This document shows positions 11,568 through 25,070 of a stretch of 64,000 bases of DNA, piece after piece. Made by a program: the position numbers and the translations under genes. How positions within the stretch are numbered: the first letter of the stretch is position 1; the number at the start of each line of letters is the position of its first letter. Under the pieces are notes generated by a model, which did not search any database, was not told the origin of the DNA, and worked only from the letters and a program-made list of their open reading frames with translations. This DNA comes from Chiloscyllium plagiosum. Taxonomy: Eukaryota. The stretch lies in NCBI RefSeq assembly GCF_004010195.1, contig NC_057740.1, forward strand, positions 24,773,199-24,837,198, in the 5' to 3' direction.

Positions 11568-12601
11568 CTAAGAGATAAAGATGATTATTTTTAACAAATA
11601 AACAATTGTACTAAAAATACGTTCAGCTAGCATAAGCTACTATATATGTTGATGTGGAAAACAAAGTTGGCTACTTAACCTGGTATGTGCTTAGGATTAA
11701 CATCAATACCCCAGCAACAGTATGGGGAAAACACATTTTGATATATTGTTGATGATATATTAGATTCTTCCTTGCAGGTCATAACAGTTACAGGTTCAAA
11801 CTGTTCCTGTTGGCTGCCTCTATGAACTATAGACAAAACACATTGCAGATATGTGTGGTTCAACTTCTACCACAACATTTTAATGAGTACTTGGATCAGA
11901 TGTACCTACCTTCCTGTAAAATTCACTATTAAGTATCCCATGGAACTGAAAGTAGCAAAAGGGAATAAATCTTTTTTTTTTGGCTGAGATAGTGTCAAAG
12001 AAGTTTGGAAAGTCTTCTTGGGTGATGAAAGCAAAACTGAAAAATGTGTTGCTGGAAAAGCACAGCAGGTCAGGCAGCATCCAAGGAGCAGGAGAATCAA
12101 CGTTTCGGGCATAAGCAAAAGGCATGATAAATTATATGGCAAGTCAGAAGTCTTCGTTCGACCAGATAGCTGTTGCTTGCCATGTTTCAAGATACATTAC
12201 AGTAGAAACTGCTTTTGACACTGAGGATTTGAGCATGTTTCAACTGCCTGGTTTATATTGAATACATTTGTTCAGTGCTATATAGCAGAAAACATAATCT
12301 AAAAGTGTACATTATTCTCCCAATGAGAAACAAGGAAATTACTACCCGCAGTTCAGGTATTCTAGAAGTTGGGAAGATGAAAGTTACATGCTGGTTCACA
12401 GGAAAACCAAAGATGTAGCTTAAATGCTGAACCCAAGACAATGTCTAGTGTTAAAACTCCAAAATGTAAATGTTTGCCAAGGAGGTGGTAACATAGTGGT
12501 AATGTCAATGAACTGGTAATCCAATGTCCTCGACTAATGTCATGGTCATGGGTTCAAATCCAGCCGTTATAATCGATACAGAGAGCACAAGTATAAGTTA
12601 C

Positions 12602-12651
12602 CTGAAAAAGAAGACTTTGTTGTCCCACTTCTGCATCCCTCTGTTTGGTCA
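12602..12651 (-). CDS. SF3A2: SF3A2 coding exon 5 (VTKQRDAEVGQQSLLFQ)
   Basis: gtag|TG acceptor (phase 1), CAG|gtaact donor, 50 nt. Confidence 0.95.
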
Positions 12652-12889
12652 CTACAAAAACAATGGTTAAAACCTTGATACATTTTAGTCAGTTTGTTTA
12701 AAATAAAGTCCTCTAAAACAGAGCACAGCAATTTTCTTCTCCACTTGCTGCGATAAACAGTGAGGTAATTTATATTGTAAACTTCTGGATGAATCTTAAC
12801 TATTGTGTCCAATTTAGATGCAACACAAAATACATACGCTGAGTTCTCCCCAAATATCAGAAATTAATCAGTTGTATCGGAATTTTCAG

Positions 12890-15660
12890 ATTGAACATAA
12901 GAACTAGGAGCAGGAATAGATAATTCAGCCCCTCAAGTCTGTCCCATTGTTCTACAAGATCATGGCTGATCTGCCGCAAGCTTCAACCCGTTGTCCACGC
13001 TAGCTCATCCTAGTTCTCAACTCCTCGATACTTCAATAATCTATCTACCTCCTTTCCAAATACTTTCAGTCACCTAGTCCCTGTAATCTCTCTGGGATAG
13101 AAATTCCACACATTCTCTACCTTGGAAGAAGAAATTTCCTTACATCTCAGTTATAGATGAATGTTTCCTTATTCAGTAACTATTTATCCTAGTTTGAGAT
13201 TCTCCCACTAGTGAAAACTTCATCTCAACATCTACTTTGTTTAAACCCTCAGAATCTTATACGTTTCAATAAGATAGAGTCATAGAGATGTACAGCAAGA
13301 AAACTGACCCTTCAGTCCAACCCATCCATGCCGACCAGATATCCCAACCCAATCTAGTCCCACCTGCCAGCACCCGGCCCATATCCCTCCAAACCCTTCC
13401 TATTCATATACCCATCCAAATGCCTTTTAAATGTTACAATTGTACAAGCCTCCACCACTTCCTCTGCCAGCTCATTCCATACACGTACCACCCTCTGCGT
13501 GAATAGGGTTGCCTCTTAGGTCCCTTTTATATCTTTCCCCTCTCACCCTAAACCTATGCCCTCTAGTTCTGGACTCCCCCACCCCAGGGAAAAGACTTTG
13601 CCTTTTTACCCTATTGATGCCCCTATAATTTTGTAAACCTCTATAAGGTCACACCTCAGCCTCCGACGCTCCAGGGAAAACAGCCCCAGCCTGTTCAGCC
13701 TCTCCCTGTAGTTCAGATCCTCCAACACTGACAACATTTTTGTAAGTCTTTTCTGAACCCTTTCAAGTTTCACAACATCTTTCCGATAGGAAGGAGACCA
13801 GAATTGCACGCAGTATTCCAACAGTGGTTTAACCAATGTCCTGTACAGCCGCAACATGACCTCCAAACTCCTGTACTCAATACGCTGACCAATAAAGGAA
13901 AGCATACCAAACGCCTTCTTCACTATCCTATCTACCTGCGACTCCACTTTCAAGGAGCTATGAACCTGCACTCCAAGATCTTTTTGTTCAGCAACACTTC
14001 CTAGGACCTTACCATTAAGTGTATAAGTCCTTCACACCTAATTTCTATAAACTCCAATGAATAAAACCTAATCTGTTTATTTATTCTTGTTAAATAAGCC
14101 CCTTCATCCCAGGAGTTGGTCCAGTGAATTTATTCTAGTTATGTCTTTCCAACATAAAAAAACCCTTTCTTCTATGTGTTAACAAAACCTTCAATACATG
14201 CTAATAAATTATCCACAAGACTCTGGGTCCAATCTTGTGCAATCACCTTTTATGTGGCACTTTATGAAATGCCTTCTAGAAATCGAAATACATTACATAC
14301 GCTTGTTCCTCTTTATCAAAGGCACTGTTACATCATAAAGGAACTTCAGCAAATTTGTCAAACACAATTTTCCTTTCACGAAACCACAAGACTGTTTGAC
14401 TGCATTAAGCTTTTCTAAATTTCGTGCTATTTCTTCCCTAATAATGGACTCTAGCAATTCCCCAATGATACATGTTAGTCCAACTAGTTCCCATTTCCCT
14501 TCCTGCTTGAACAGGAGCACCACACTGGCAGATTTCCAATCTGGTAGAACCCTCCCAGAATCCAGTGAGTACTTGAATATTTTGACCAATGCTTCCACTC
14601 TCGCTGTAGCAACTTCCTTTAAGATCCTTGAATGCAGGCCATCAGGTCCTGACAACTTGTCTGCCTTCAGTCCCATTAGGCTGGCAAATACTTTGTCCCT
14701 TGTGATAGAGCCTTTTACAAGACTGTTCCTCTAATTAGCACCTTGTTAATCTTTGGCATGTTTATAGTGAAAATGTTAATGTGTCAAGATGCAAAATGTT
14801 TGTTTAAATTATCTGACATTTCCCTGCTTTTCATCATCAATTCCTCAATTGCATTCTCCAAGGGTCCCATACTCATTTTTGCTACTTTCTTTTTATATAT
14901 GTATAGAAGCTCTTGCTGCTTTTATTTACACATTTCTTGTGAATTTACTTAGATATAAATTTTTTCCCTTGTTATTAGATTTTTAGATATCTGCTGCCGG
15001 TTTCTAAAAGATTCCCAAGCCTCTGGCCTGCCATCAGTTTATGCCACTTATTATGCCTTAGCTTTTGATTGAATATGATCCATAAACATAGGTGTTCATT
15101 CTTCTCATTCAGTCCTTCGTTCTGATAAGAATTACATTTTTTTCTGAGCATAATAAAATTGCTGCTTATACTTTTTGCCACTACTCATCTTCTGACCCTC
15201 CCTTAGACTATTCTTCTATCCTGCTTTGTTCCTCTGTAAATTGCCCTTAATTAAGTTAAAGATGCTGGTTTGAGACCCAAGTTCCTTTCCCTCAAACTGA
15301 ATTTGAAATACATGTTGTTTCATTACTCCCAAGAACATGCTTAACTATGAGATCACTTATTAATCCTGCTTCCTTACACATCCAGGATCTAAAAGAGCCT
15401 GTTTCCAAGTAGACTCTTCAATGTACTAACCCAAGAAACAATCCCTGATGCACTCTATAAATTTGTCTTCTATGTTACTTTTGTCCAGTCAATATACAGA
15501 TTAAAAATCACCCATCACAACTGGGTGCCCTTCATACATGCTACCATTATGTCCTGATTTATATTTTGTCAGACAGTGAGGCAGCACTTCAAGGACCTAT
15601 AGATATTCCCATCCATGATTTCTTTCACTTGCTACTCCTTACTTCCATACAAACCAAGTC
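12890..15660 (-). mobile_element. Old CR1 LINE (RT remnant) with a younger HER1/CR1 3' fragment nested at ~13275-14030
   Basis: ORF remnants 14293-14676 (GPDGLHSRILKE..DWKSASVVLLFK) and 13606-13971 (LLEYCVQFWSPSYRKDV) are CR1 RT; the younger copy carries the ctctatgactct tail. Confidence 0.85.
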
Positions 15661-16042
15661 CATTGATTGAACATGGAGAATGCATACAGCACATCTAGCG
15701 GGTATTAAAAATGGCAATTTCTTAAGTATATTTCAATAGACTTGACTGACCAGCAGGAGGCACAATTTAAAAGGCATGAGGGCACCTTTGAATGAGTAAC
15801 TCTCAAGTTATTAAATTGAGTGGTAATTCACAGTTTCATTATTCTTTAACAGTTCACTCTGCATATTTATTAAAAATTTCAAATAACTATTTTCAATACT
15901 TCATATTCATAAACCATGGAATGCTTAGCCAAATACAAAAGTTCATAATTAACTGACAATAAAACCCAACATATTTTTGTGAAAGTAACAAGTATATTGC
16001 TACACTAACCCACTGTGACACAACTCAAGGTTTGAAAAATAC

Positions 16043-16152
16043 CTTTATAACCTGGCCGCCCAATTTTCACAAACTTTTTCACTTCCACTTTAACCTTCTC
16101 TGGGGCAGGCTGTGCTGGTGACTCCTTTGCTTCTTTTGCTGCTCGTCGTGCC
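16043..16152 (-). CDS. SF3A2: SF3A2 coding exon 4 (ARRAAKEAKESPAQPAPEKVKVEVKKFVKIGRPGYK)
   Basis: acag|G acceptor (phase 2), AAAG|gtattt donor, 110 nt. Confidence 0.96.
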
Positions 16153-17700
16153 CTGTATTCAAAACACAGCATGGAACATTTGTAGGAAATCTCAGTATTT
16201 GATGACTACCCCTAACAATAACTTATGATGCATCTCTTGAAAGAGCAGATACGTGATCCATTCCTGCATATTTAGCAAAATCGCATAATTGGTGCTCAAG
16301 TGCACTGTGATTGACAGATCCTGATATCAAGTATGCCAGGCCATTTATACATCCCACCTAAGTATCTGCCTGAATGGAAACTCACTATGAATTAAGCATG
16401 CAACTCTGAATAATTATTTCAAAAAAGCTATAATCAAGTGATCACTCAAGTTTTGACATTTTTAGTAGTAGTTTGGGTGTCCATAAATTATTCAACTAAA
16501 TGTTCAATTTATCAATTTGAAGGTACATCACATGCTTTAAAAAGCTGATAATTCCCTTGGATGAGTTAGTTCATTGCAAAGTAAATCTGAACTCTGAACT
16601 GATGGATATCTGAGCATGCAGATTTTTTAAAAAAATTCTTTCAAGGAATCTGAGCATTACTGGTAAATCAGTATTTGCTGCCCATCCTCAAGAAGGTAGG
16701 AGTGAATTATTGCATTGCACTGCTATCTGTCTGATATAGATGCACCAACAATGCTGTTAAGGAAAGTTTAAATATCTCCTCCTATATAATGGATTATTTG
16801 TTTTTCTCAGCATGCGACTAATTAATCCACAGACAAACAATTAGGTTCAAAACTACAATCATTTTAACTGAGAACTGTGGCCTTCATAATACAATGTGAT
16901 AGATGGCGGCTTAGCAGGACGATGGGATATAGACTTCTCAAATTCCTCCATGATGCCTCAAATTCAAAACTGTTGACATTAGCTACTTTGTAATAGGATG
17001 TGTCGAGCAGAAGCCAGGCATTATTCCACTGGGAAGGAGGAACAAAGTCACTCTAAGCTATTTAATTCAATTTCCCAATGACCTCTAAAGCAACTGGGAT
17101 GCAGACAGTTGCACTGTTTGGTAAGATGAATGTCATTGATGTCAAATCTCCATTCATATCATTGTTTTATTTGGAAGGTTTTAGCACAATCAATCAGAGG
17201 TTTAATAGGAGTCTAAGAATATTTTTTAGCATATCTACTTGGCTGCTGAATAACAAGGAGAGACTTCCCTGTGGATAGAGGTAACAGCAAGAAACATAAT
17301 TTCCTAACAAATTCTGAAATCTTCGATGTACCTGACAACAGTACTGCTTCCTCTCATCTACCTCTCACTACATTTCTTCACAGGGACCTTCTGGGAATGA
17401 GCTTAAGGAATGAAAACAAGTCTTTTTTTACCTCAAATTTTATATTTAAAACCCTATATCAATGAATTTTTTAAAAAATCTATTTACCATTACAGCAGCA
17501 TTCAAATGCAATAAAAATTTTGATGCAGGATAACAGCTACAATATAAACAGAAAATCTCAACTAATGACTCTGAACTGTATATTTTACAGTTTAATGTTT
17601 TTCTAATGAAACAAGCCTTTTTTAAAAAAAAACTCAAAAGGCTGAGCACAGAATAATTGCAAAAACACATTTTTTACATTAAACATAATCCTACACTTAC

Positions 17701-17747
17701 AGATTAGTCTGATGTTTTTTCCCTTGTGTGTGTGCCAAATAGCTCCC
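17701..17747 (-). CDS. SF3A2: SF3A2 coding exon 3 (GSYLAHTQGKKHQTNL, matrin-type Zn finger C-half)
   Basis: atag|GGG acceptor, CT|gtaagt donor, 47 nt. Confidence 0.96.
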
Positions 17748-19384
17748 CTATAGAAGAAAAATTCAAATTAAGTTAAAACAGTATTTTAAAGTAAATGCAA
17801 TTACAGGATAGACAATTTGAGTAAATTAACTGAATGAGCTTCAACATTGGTAAAGTACTTCAATGTAGAAGACAGCTCCAAGATTACAACACTTTATTTG
17901 ACAGCAAGCCTGATTTTTTTAAAATGTGGCTGATAGTACAGGGAGGAAGTACAAGGAGGAAGATCAGATGACATAATCGGTTAAGCACTGCATTTGCTTT
18001 TGAATACTCGATCTAATTTGAGTCCCATTGGATAGGTCAATAAACCTCCCGCTTTAAAAGTTTTAAGAATGAGAATACATTTGCATTTGAATTGTCTCAA
18101 CGTGATTTCCATATAAAACAATAATCTTGTCCATAAAGCAGTATTTAGGCTCACCCAAACCAATGCTAACAGCTAGTGTGGAAAACAGAAGTGTCCAGCT
18201 TAGGATACAGCAGAGAAGATTTGATATAAACCCATTTGAATATTCACATGTGTTCAATGATAGTAAAATGATTTATCAGTATTACTTTCATCTTGATGAA
18301 AAAGAAATTCAGTCCAACCATATAAAAATGAATTAAGTGACTCTAGAAGGTGTGTTGCAAAATATTATGGGAAAATATACTTACAAAGTCAGATAGTTTA
18401 AATATGATTACACTAATTATAAAAAGATGTTACAACTAATGAACGCTTCATCAAACTATTGACTGAAAAATGAATCACATCAGCTCAAAGACAGCACTCT
18501 AAGTCAGAAATGCAACACTAGCTTGAGATTTATTCAAGCTAAAATTTATTGTAAAACGTTTTTTTAGTGTTTATCTATTATTCTTGCTCATGGAAGGGGT
18601 GTGCCATTGGCAAGTCTAGTATTACTTGCCCACCCCCAACTGACCTTGAAAAAGTGATAATGATGAGTCAGCCTCTTGTACCACTGCAGTCTATATAATT
18701 ATAGCTACAGCCTTAACTCTGCAATTGAACAAGTTCCTAATTTTTAGAGACATGGGGAGAATGTGCATTTACATAGACGGAGAGCTGCAGGTGATGATGT
18801 TCCCTTGCACTTACTTTGCTTGCTTTTCAAGTTATTAAGTGTTATAACTTTGAAGATGCTACCAAAGCATTCTTGGTGAATTGCTGCAGTGCACCTTCTA
18901 AAAGGTTCACACTGCTGCCATGGTGTGCCACTACAGGATGGATTAAAGTTTAAGGTGGTGGATGGTGAGGTAATGAGCTGTTTTGTCCTCCTTTGTTCAA
19001 CTACGATAATTACAGTAACATTTCTAAGCAAATAAGTTAACAATGCCAGACTAACAACAACACAAGAATAATTTTGCAACATTCTTGAACATCAGGTTGG
19101 CTGAGCTCTGGTCTGACAGCAAAAGGCCAATGGTTTACCCAGTTTTTCATTCTTCTAATGTGCATAAAGCGAGTACCATAACCTGTGTAACAAAGAGAGA
19201 GTGAAGGGGAAGAGAAGACTGCCAGAACCTTCTGCAGTATTTTTCACAATGCCTTTGGACATGCCTTAAAGCTGGCAACAGAAATAAACATCTATACTGC
19301 CTCGTACTGCCATCTGAAGACAAACTAACTTCCCTCTCCCAGCACAGATTTTACACTCTTGTATTGACAAAAAACTAAACTTAC

Positions 19385-19456
19385 CTCATTGTTGTGAAGT
19401 GTTAGACAAAGTTTACATTCATAAGAACCCAAGTGATTTTTCATAAAATAGGGATC
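19385..19456 (-). CDS. SF3A2: SF3A2 coding exon 2 (DPYFMKNHLGSYECKLCLTLHNNE)
   Basis: ctag|GAT acceptor, GAG|gtaagt donor, 72 nt; CxxC of the U1C/matrin Zn finger. Confidence 0.97.
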
Positions 19457-19540
19457 CTAGAAGATTAGAAAGAGTAACAATTAAATTTCAAAATGTTGAG
19501 AGATTACAAGGAATTTACTGGACTGCAATCAGAAGTTAAC

Positions 19541-19666
19541 CTTATTTATGTCAATCGTTTCCAAAGCTAACTGTCTCAATCGTTCTCTTCGATCTCGATT
19601 GCTTTCTGAAGAAGAAGCAACCCCTCCACTGCCAGTTTTCCCTCCTGGTCGATGTTGAAAATCCAT
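19541..19666 (-). CDS. SF3A2: SF3A2 first coding exon (MDFQHRPGGKTGSGG...IDINK)
   Basis: ATG at 19666, AAG|gttaac donor, 126 nt; upstream acceptor ttcag at 19700 implies a non-coding first exon. Confidence 0.97.
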
Positions 19667-20129
19667 AGTTATTTGATGAACAGTATCTTTTTACAAAATC
19701 TGAAAGAGTTTCAAAACAAAAATACACATATATATTAGTCAGTTTTACTTTCTGTACAAAAACTTATCATTTGCTTCACAAAATGGCAACTTTATGAGAA
19801 ATGTTTTTAAAGTTTTGCATGAATGATCCAATGTCTCAGATGATTGCACATCTCAGGAAATGACACACTGGATACCTCGGATTTCCTGAGATCCAAGTGA
19901 GCATTGCCTAGCAGTTGGAGTGACAAATTGTGTAATTTCTTGTACACAAATTTTTACAATAAAGTTCTAGTACAGTCTAAAGATTTCAATTTATGTTCTG
20001 GTGGTTATTAGCTTATAAACAACATCTTAAATAAGGTGTACATATTAATGTGAAAACTCAGCTTCATGAGCAGGAAAAAATATTCATAGCAAATATTTCA
20101 TATGTAAATATAACATTTACATATAACAC

Positions 20130-20351
20130 TTCTCTGCTGTTCCCCGTCTTGTTGTCTGTTCTGTATGTCCAGCAGGTTGGTTATTGTTTCTCTGGCTAGG
20201 GTTTTGTCGATAGAGGTGAACAGTGCCGTTACATCGAATGAGATCATAGTTTCTTCCTTGTCTATGTGTATATTTCTGATGATGTCCAAGAATTCTTCTG
20301 TTGACTGTATAGAGTGTCTGGATCCGCTGATCAGGTGTTTCAGTTTCTGCT
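20130..20351 (-). mobile_element. Penelope-like RT fragment (left of gap)
   Basis: EEFLDIIRNIHIDKEETMISFDVTALFTSID is the Penelope RT motif region. Confidence 0.75.
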
Positions 20352-21225
20352 NNNNNNNNNNNNNNNNNNNNNNNNNNNNNNNNNNNNNNNNNNNNNNNNN
20401 NNNNNNNNNNNNNNNNNNNNNNNNNNNNNNNNNNNNNNNNNNNNNNNNNNNNNNNNNNNNNNNNNNNNNNNNNNNNNNNNNNNNNNNNNNNNNNNNNNNN
20501 NNNNNNNNNNNNNNNNNNNNNNNNNNNNNNNNNNNNNNNNNNNNNNNNNNNNNNNNNNNNNNNNNNNNNNNNNNNNNNNNNNNNNNNNNNNNNNNNNNNN
20601 NNNNNNNNNNNNNNNNNNNNNNNNNNNNNNNNNNNNNNNNNNNNNNNNNNNNNNNNNNNNNNNNNNNNNNNNNNNNNNNNNNNNNNNNNNNNNNNNNNNN
20701 NNNNNNNNNNNNNNNNNNNNNNNNNNNNNNNNNNNNNNNNNNNNNNNNNNNNNNNNNNNNNNNNNNNNNNNNNNNNNNNNNNNNNNNNNNNNNNNNNNNN
20801 NNNNNNNNNNNNNNNNNNNNNNNNNNNNNNNNNNNNNNNNNNNNNNNNNNNNNNNNNNNNNNNNNNNNNNNNNNNNNNNNNNNNNNNNNNNNNNNNNNNN
20901 NNNNNNNNNNNNNNNNNNNNNNNNNNNNNNNNNNNNNNNNNNNNNNNNNNNNNNNNNNNNNNNNNNNNNNNNNNNNNNNNNNNNNNNNNNNNNNNNNNNN
21001 NNNNNNNNNNNNNNNNNNNNNNNNNNNNNNNNNNNNNNNNNNNNNNNNNNNNNNNNNNNNNNNNNNNNNNNNNNNNNNNNNNNNNNNNNNNNNNNNNNNN
21101 NNNNNNNNNNNNNNNNNNNNNNNNNNNNNNNNNNNNNNNNNNNNNNNNNNNNNNNNNNNNNNNNNNNNNNNNNNNNNNNNNNNNNNNNNNNNNNNNNNNN
21201 NNNNNNNNNNNNNNNNNNNNNNNNN
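20352..21225. other. Assembly gap (874 N)
   Basis: Run of N. Confidence 1.
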
Positions 21226-21970
21226 ACTGCAGTACACCAGAACTGCAAAAAGAGGAAGAAGAACACCTCTACAATGTATTCACCAAAAACAGATACCCCT
21301 GCAATTTCATCAACAGATGCCTAAGGGAAAGACAACGGAATGAGGATATACCACAACCCAAAGGACTAACCACGTTACCATACATCAAGAAAATTTCTGA
21401 ACTGACAGCCAGACTACTACGACCACTAGGACTCATAACAGCACACAAACCAACAGCCACCCTCAGACAACAACTCACCAGGACAAAGGACCCGATACCC
21501 GCATGAGCAAAACCAATGTAGTGTACAAAATCCCATGCAAGGACTGCACAAAACACTACATAGGACAAACAGGAAGACAGCTAATGATCCGGATCCATGA
21601 ACACCAACTAGCCAAGAAACAACACGACCAGCTATCCTTAGTAGCCACACACGTGGATGACAAGCAACATGAGTTTGACTGGGACAACACTACTATTATA
21701 GACAAGCCAAACAGAGAACAGCCAGGGAATTCCTAGAGGCATGGCACTCATCCACAGATTCTATCAACAAACACATCGACCTGGACCCAATGCTGGCCAC
21801 TGCAGCGGACAGCTGGAAGTGACAACCAGTAGCGGCAGAGACAAACCACTATAAATGTTGAAGGAAACATCACAGAAGCCACAGGCTCCCAAGCACTGAG
21901 GATGTCACCTAGACAGGGGATGAACCGTCTGCAACACAAATTCCCAGCTCGGCGAACAGAACCACAACAA
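21226..21970 (+). mobile_element. Penelope-like element 3' part with GIY-YIG endonuclease (disrupted)
   Basis: KTNVVYKIPCKDCTKHYIGQTGRQLMIRIHEH is a GIY-YIG signature; terminal region has a ctgagga..gaac ribozyme-like core. Confidence 0.85.
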
Positions 21971-22459
21971 CTTTTACACTAAATGTAAGAAACAGGAGTA
22001 AACCATCCAGCTTATTAAGCTTGCATCACAATGTAATAGAAATGCCATTGATTTTCTGCCTTAACTTCATATTTCCTATATCAGGATTCTATGAGACACC
22101 AACAATCCATCAATCTCAACCCTGAATATACTTAGTAACAGATCATCCACAACACTAGTATAAACTAAATACCTTACCTGTCATCCTGAGATTATGTCAC
22201 CTGATTTTACATTTAACAGCCAATGGAAACAGCCTATCCACATTCACCCTGTCATGTCCTAGAAGTTTCAATGGGTTCAACCCTAGTTCTTCAAAACTCA
22301 AATGAATACAGACTGAATCTCCTCATTCTCTGATAAAACAAACATGTTATCCTAAGGATTAACGTGGAAAATCACCATCATGCTCCCTCTCCAGCAAATA
22401 CATCTCTTCAGAAGGGTTCTGTGGCATAGTGGTAACCATCCCTACATTTGACTCAGAAG

Positions 22460-23866
22460 AGAAAATGCTGGAAAATCTCAGCAGGTCTGGCAGCATCTGT
22501 AAGGAGAGAAAAGAGCTGATGTTTTGAGTCTAACTGACCCTTTGTCAAAGCTCAGCTTTGTACCCTTACATCCCCATCTCAATGAATTCCAGGCTCAACA
22601 TGATGCTGAGCTCTTCTTCTGTCGCCTTTGCCTTCGTGCTCACTTCTTTGGGCAAGAGTCCTCCCCCCGCTCCACAGATCCTTTCACATCCCTCCAACAT
22701 TCCACCTCTAATTGGACACCCCTGCCAGGACAATTTCCTGCCCTCGATCTTTTCATTGACAATTGTCGACGGGACATTGGCCGCCTTAATTTCTCTACCC
22801 CTCTTACCCATTCCAACCTCTCTCCATCCGAACTTTCTGCCCTTTGCTCCCTTAGGTCCAACCTCAACCTTGTCATCAAACCTGCTGACAAACGGGGTGC
22901 TGTTGTCATCTGGCGTACTGACCTCTACCTCGCAGAGGCTGAGCGCCAACTCTCAGATTCCTCCTCCTACCTCCCCCCGGAGCATGACCACACCAGTGAC
23001 ATCAAGCCATTGTCTCCAACACCGTGACTGACCTCATTTCCTCCGGATGCCTTCCAACATCAGTCTCCCAACCCCGGACAGACTGTTTCTACCTACTCCC
23101 CAAAATCCACAAGAAGGACTGTTCTGGCAGGCCCATTGTGTCAGCATGCTCCTGCCCCACTGAACTTATTTCCTCCTACCTTGACTCCATCCTCATTCCT
23201 CTGGTTCTCCCTCCCCACCTTAATCCAGGATTCCTCTGATGCCTAGCAACACATTGACAGTTTTCAATTCGCAGGCCCTAACCACCTTCTATTCACCACG
23301 GATGTACAATCTCTTTACACTTCCATCCCACACCAAGACGGCTTGAAATCTCTTCACTTCTTTCTCGAAAAAGAGGCCTGAACAATCTCCATCCACCACC
23401 ACTCTCCTCCGCCTGGCTGAACTTGTTCTCTCTTCTCCTTCAACTCATCCCATTTTCTCCAAATCAAAGGTGTAGCAATGGGTACCCACATGGGTCCCAG
23501 CTATGTCTGTCTTTTCATGGGGTATGTGGAACATTTCTTGTTCCAGGCCCACCCGGGTCCCCTCCCACAACTGCTTTATTGGTATATCGATGATTATTTT
23601 GGTGCGGCTTCATGCTCTTGTCCTGACCTGGAAAAATTCATAAACTTCGCTTCCAGTTTCCATCCCTCCATCACCTTCACCTGGTCCATCTCCGACACTT
23701 GCCTTCCTTTCCTTGACCTTTCTGTCTCAATTTCTGGCAGCTTTGACAATGGGTCAGTTAAACGTCAGCTTTTTTCTCCTTACAGATGCTGCCAGACCTA
23801 CTGAGATTTTCCAGCATTTTCTCTTTTGGTTTCAGATTCCAGCATCTGCAGTAATTTGCTTTTATC
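22460..23866 (+). mobile_element. Penelope-like RT element with inverted terminal repeats and 11-bp TSD, inserted in a tRNA-SINE head
   Basis: RT remnants [47 protein letters not shown]; inverted repeats 22461-22552 / 23739-23821; TSD tgactcagaag at 22449-22459 and 23867-23877. Confidence 0.85.
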
Positions 23867-24452
23867 TGACTCAGAAGGCCTGGGTTAAAGTCTCTCTGAT
23901 TCTCTAAAAGGTATACCATAATATTTCTGAACAAGTTGATCAAAAAAAATGTATTCCGTGCTCAGGCACGCAGTATTCTATGACAAAATTCTAAAGATTC
24001 ACAACCTAACCCATCAAGTATGTTGTAGAAGCTTCTCCTCTACTCGGTATTAGGTGGTCGGTCCTTTATCCTGAACCACCTTTCTCCTCCCACACCACCT
24101 CCACCAACCAAGCCAAGGGGAAAGAACCTCTCAGTTGCAAAATAGCCTGGTTTCAACCAGCCCAGGCATTTCATCTATTAACTAATTCTCAACAAAGATT
24201 ACTCCAATCGCTCCACCTTTACCATTAAACAAACAAGCAGACACAAAGGAAAATGCTGCAGCAAACAGCCAAGATCACAGGCCTCAGGCTCCCTGACCAG
24301 CTCAGAGTTGGCCACAATGGCGGAGTTAACAACAAAGAGCGGTCCTAGAGTTAGGGGGAAAAGAACATTCATCATGACAAAGACACGCCACGCTTGACCC
24401 ACCAAGCTCCGGCTACCAGGAACCGTCTAACCAGCAGCACCACCACAGGTAC

Positions 24453-24520
24453 CTGAATACGTCTCCAGCAGCCACCAAGCGGAAGAAGGTCGTGGCACAC
24501 CGGAAGCCACTGTCATCAAT
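24453..24520 (-). other. SF3A2: Probable non-coding exon 1 (5'UTR) of SF3A2; 5' end approximate
   Basis: Donor ttcag|gtacct at 24452 inside the CpG island; can splice to the acceptor at 19700. Confidence 0.55.
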
Positions 24521-24976
24521 AACTTTATTAACAAAGACACCGGCGGCGGCCAAGTAAAACGGAAGAAGGTCGCAGGGCACCGGAAGTGAGGTTTTCAATA
24601 ACTTTATTGACAGCAAGAAGCGGCGGAGCTTGAGGGAAGTCGAATGTTGGGGCGAGGCGCGGTTTTTGTTCTGTCTCGAGCTCGGTGTCCGTTGGTCATG
24701 TCGTACGAGTCTTCCCCTCCCCCCCGCAGCTTCAAGTCCTGATTTACCGCTCGCGTGGGTGTTTCCGTGTTTTATTGACTTTTAGATATGCCGCAGACCT
24801 TGTCACTATTTAATACCAACGGCACGTACCTCCTCCTTCGCTTCCAGCGGTAACGCTGACCAGGTGGGGCAGCTGGGTCCGGAGGGAAGGAGCTGCTTTT
24901 TAAATTAAATTTTAACATCCACCTTAGTGAGGGAGGGGGTGATTGTTGAAGGGGAAAGGCCTGCCCGCTCGCTGCC

Positions 24977-25070
24977 ATGCGATACAATGAGAAGGAGCTT
25001 CTGTGTCTCTCCAAGCAGCCCGCCGAGAAGGCGGCCGAGCTCACCATGAAGGGCCCGAAGCGCAACGACG
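24977..25070 (+). CDS. PLEKHJ1: PLEKHJ1 exon 1 (MRYNEKELLCLSKQPAEKAAELTMKGPKRND)
   Basis: gccATG start, G|gtaagg donor, 94 nt; matches the PLEKHJ1 N-terminus MRYNEKEL. Confidence 0.93.

Noticed and set aside
20098-21343. 300-390 aa ORFs
   Set aside because: Artefacts of translating through the N gap
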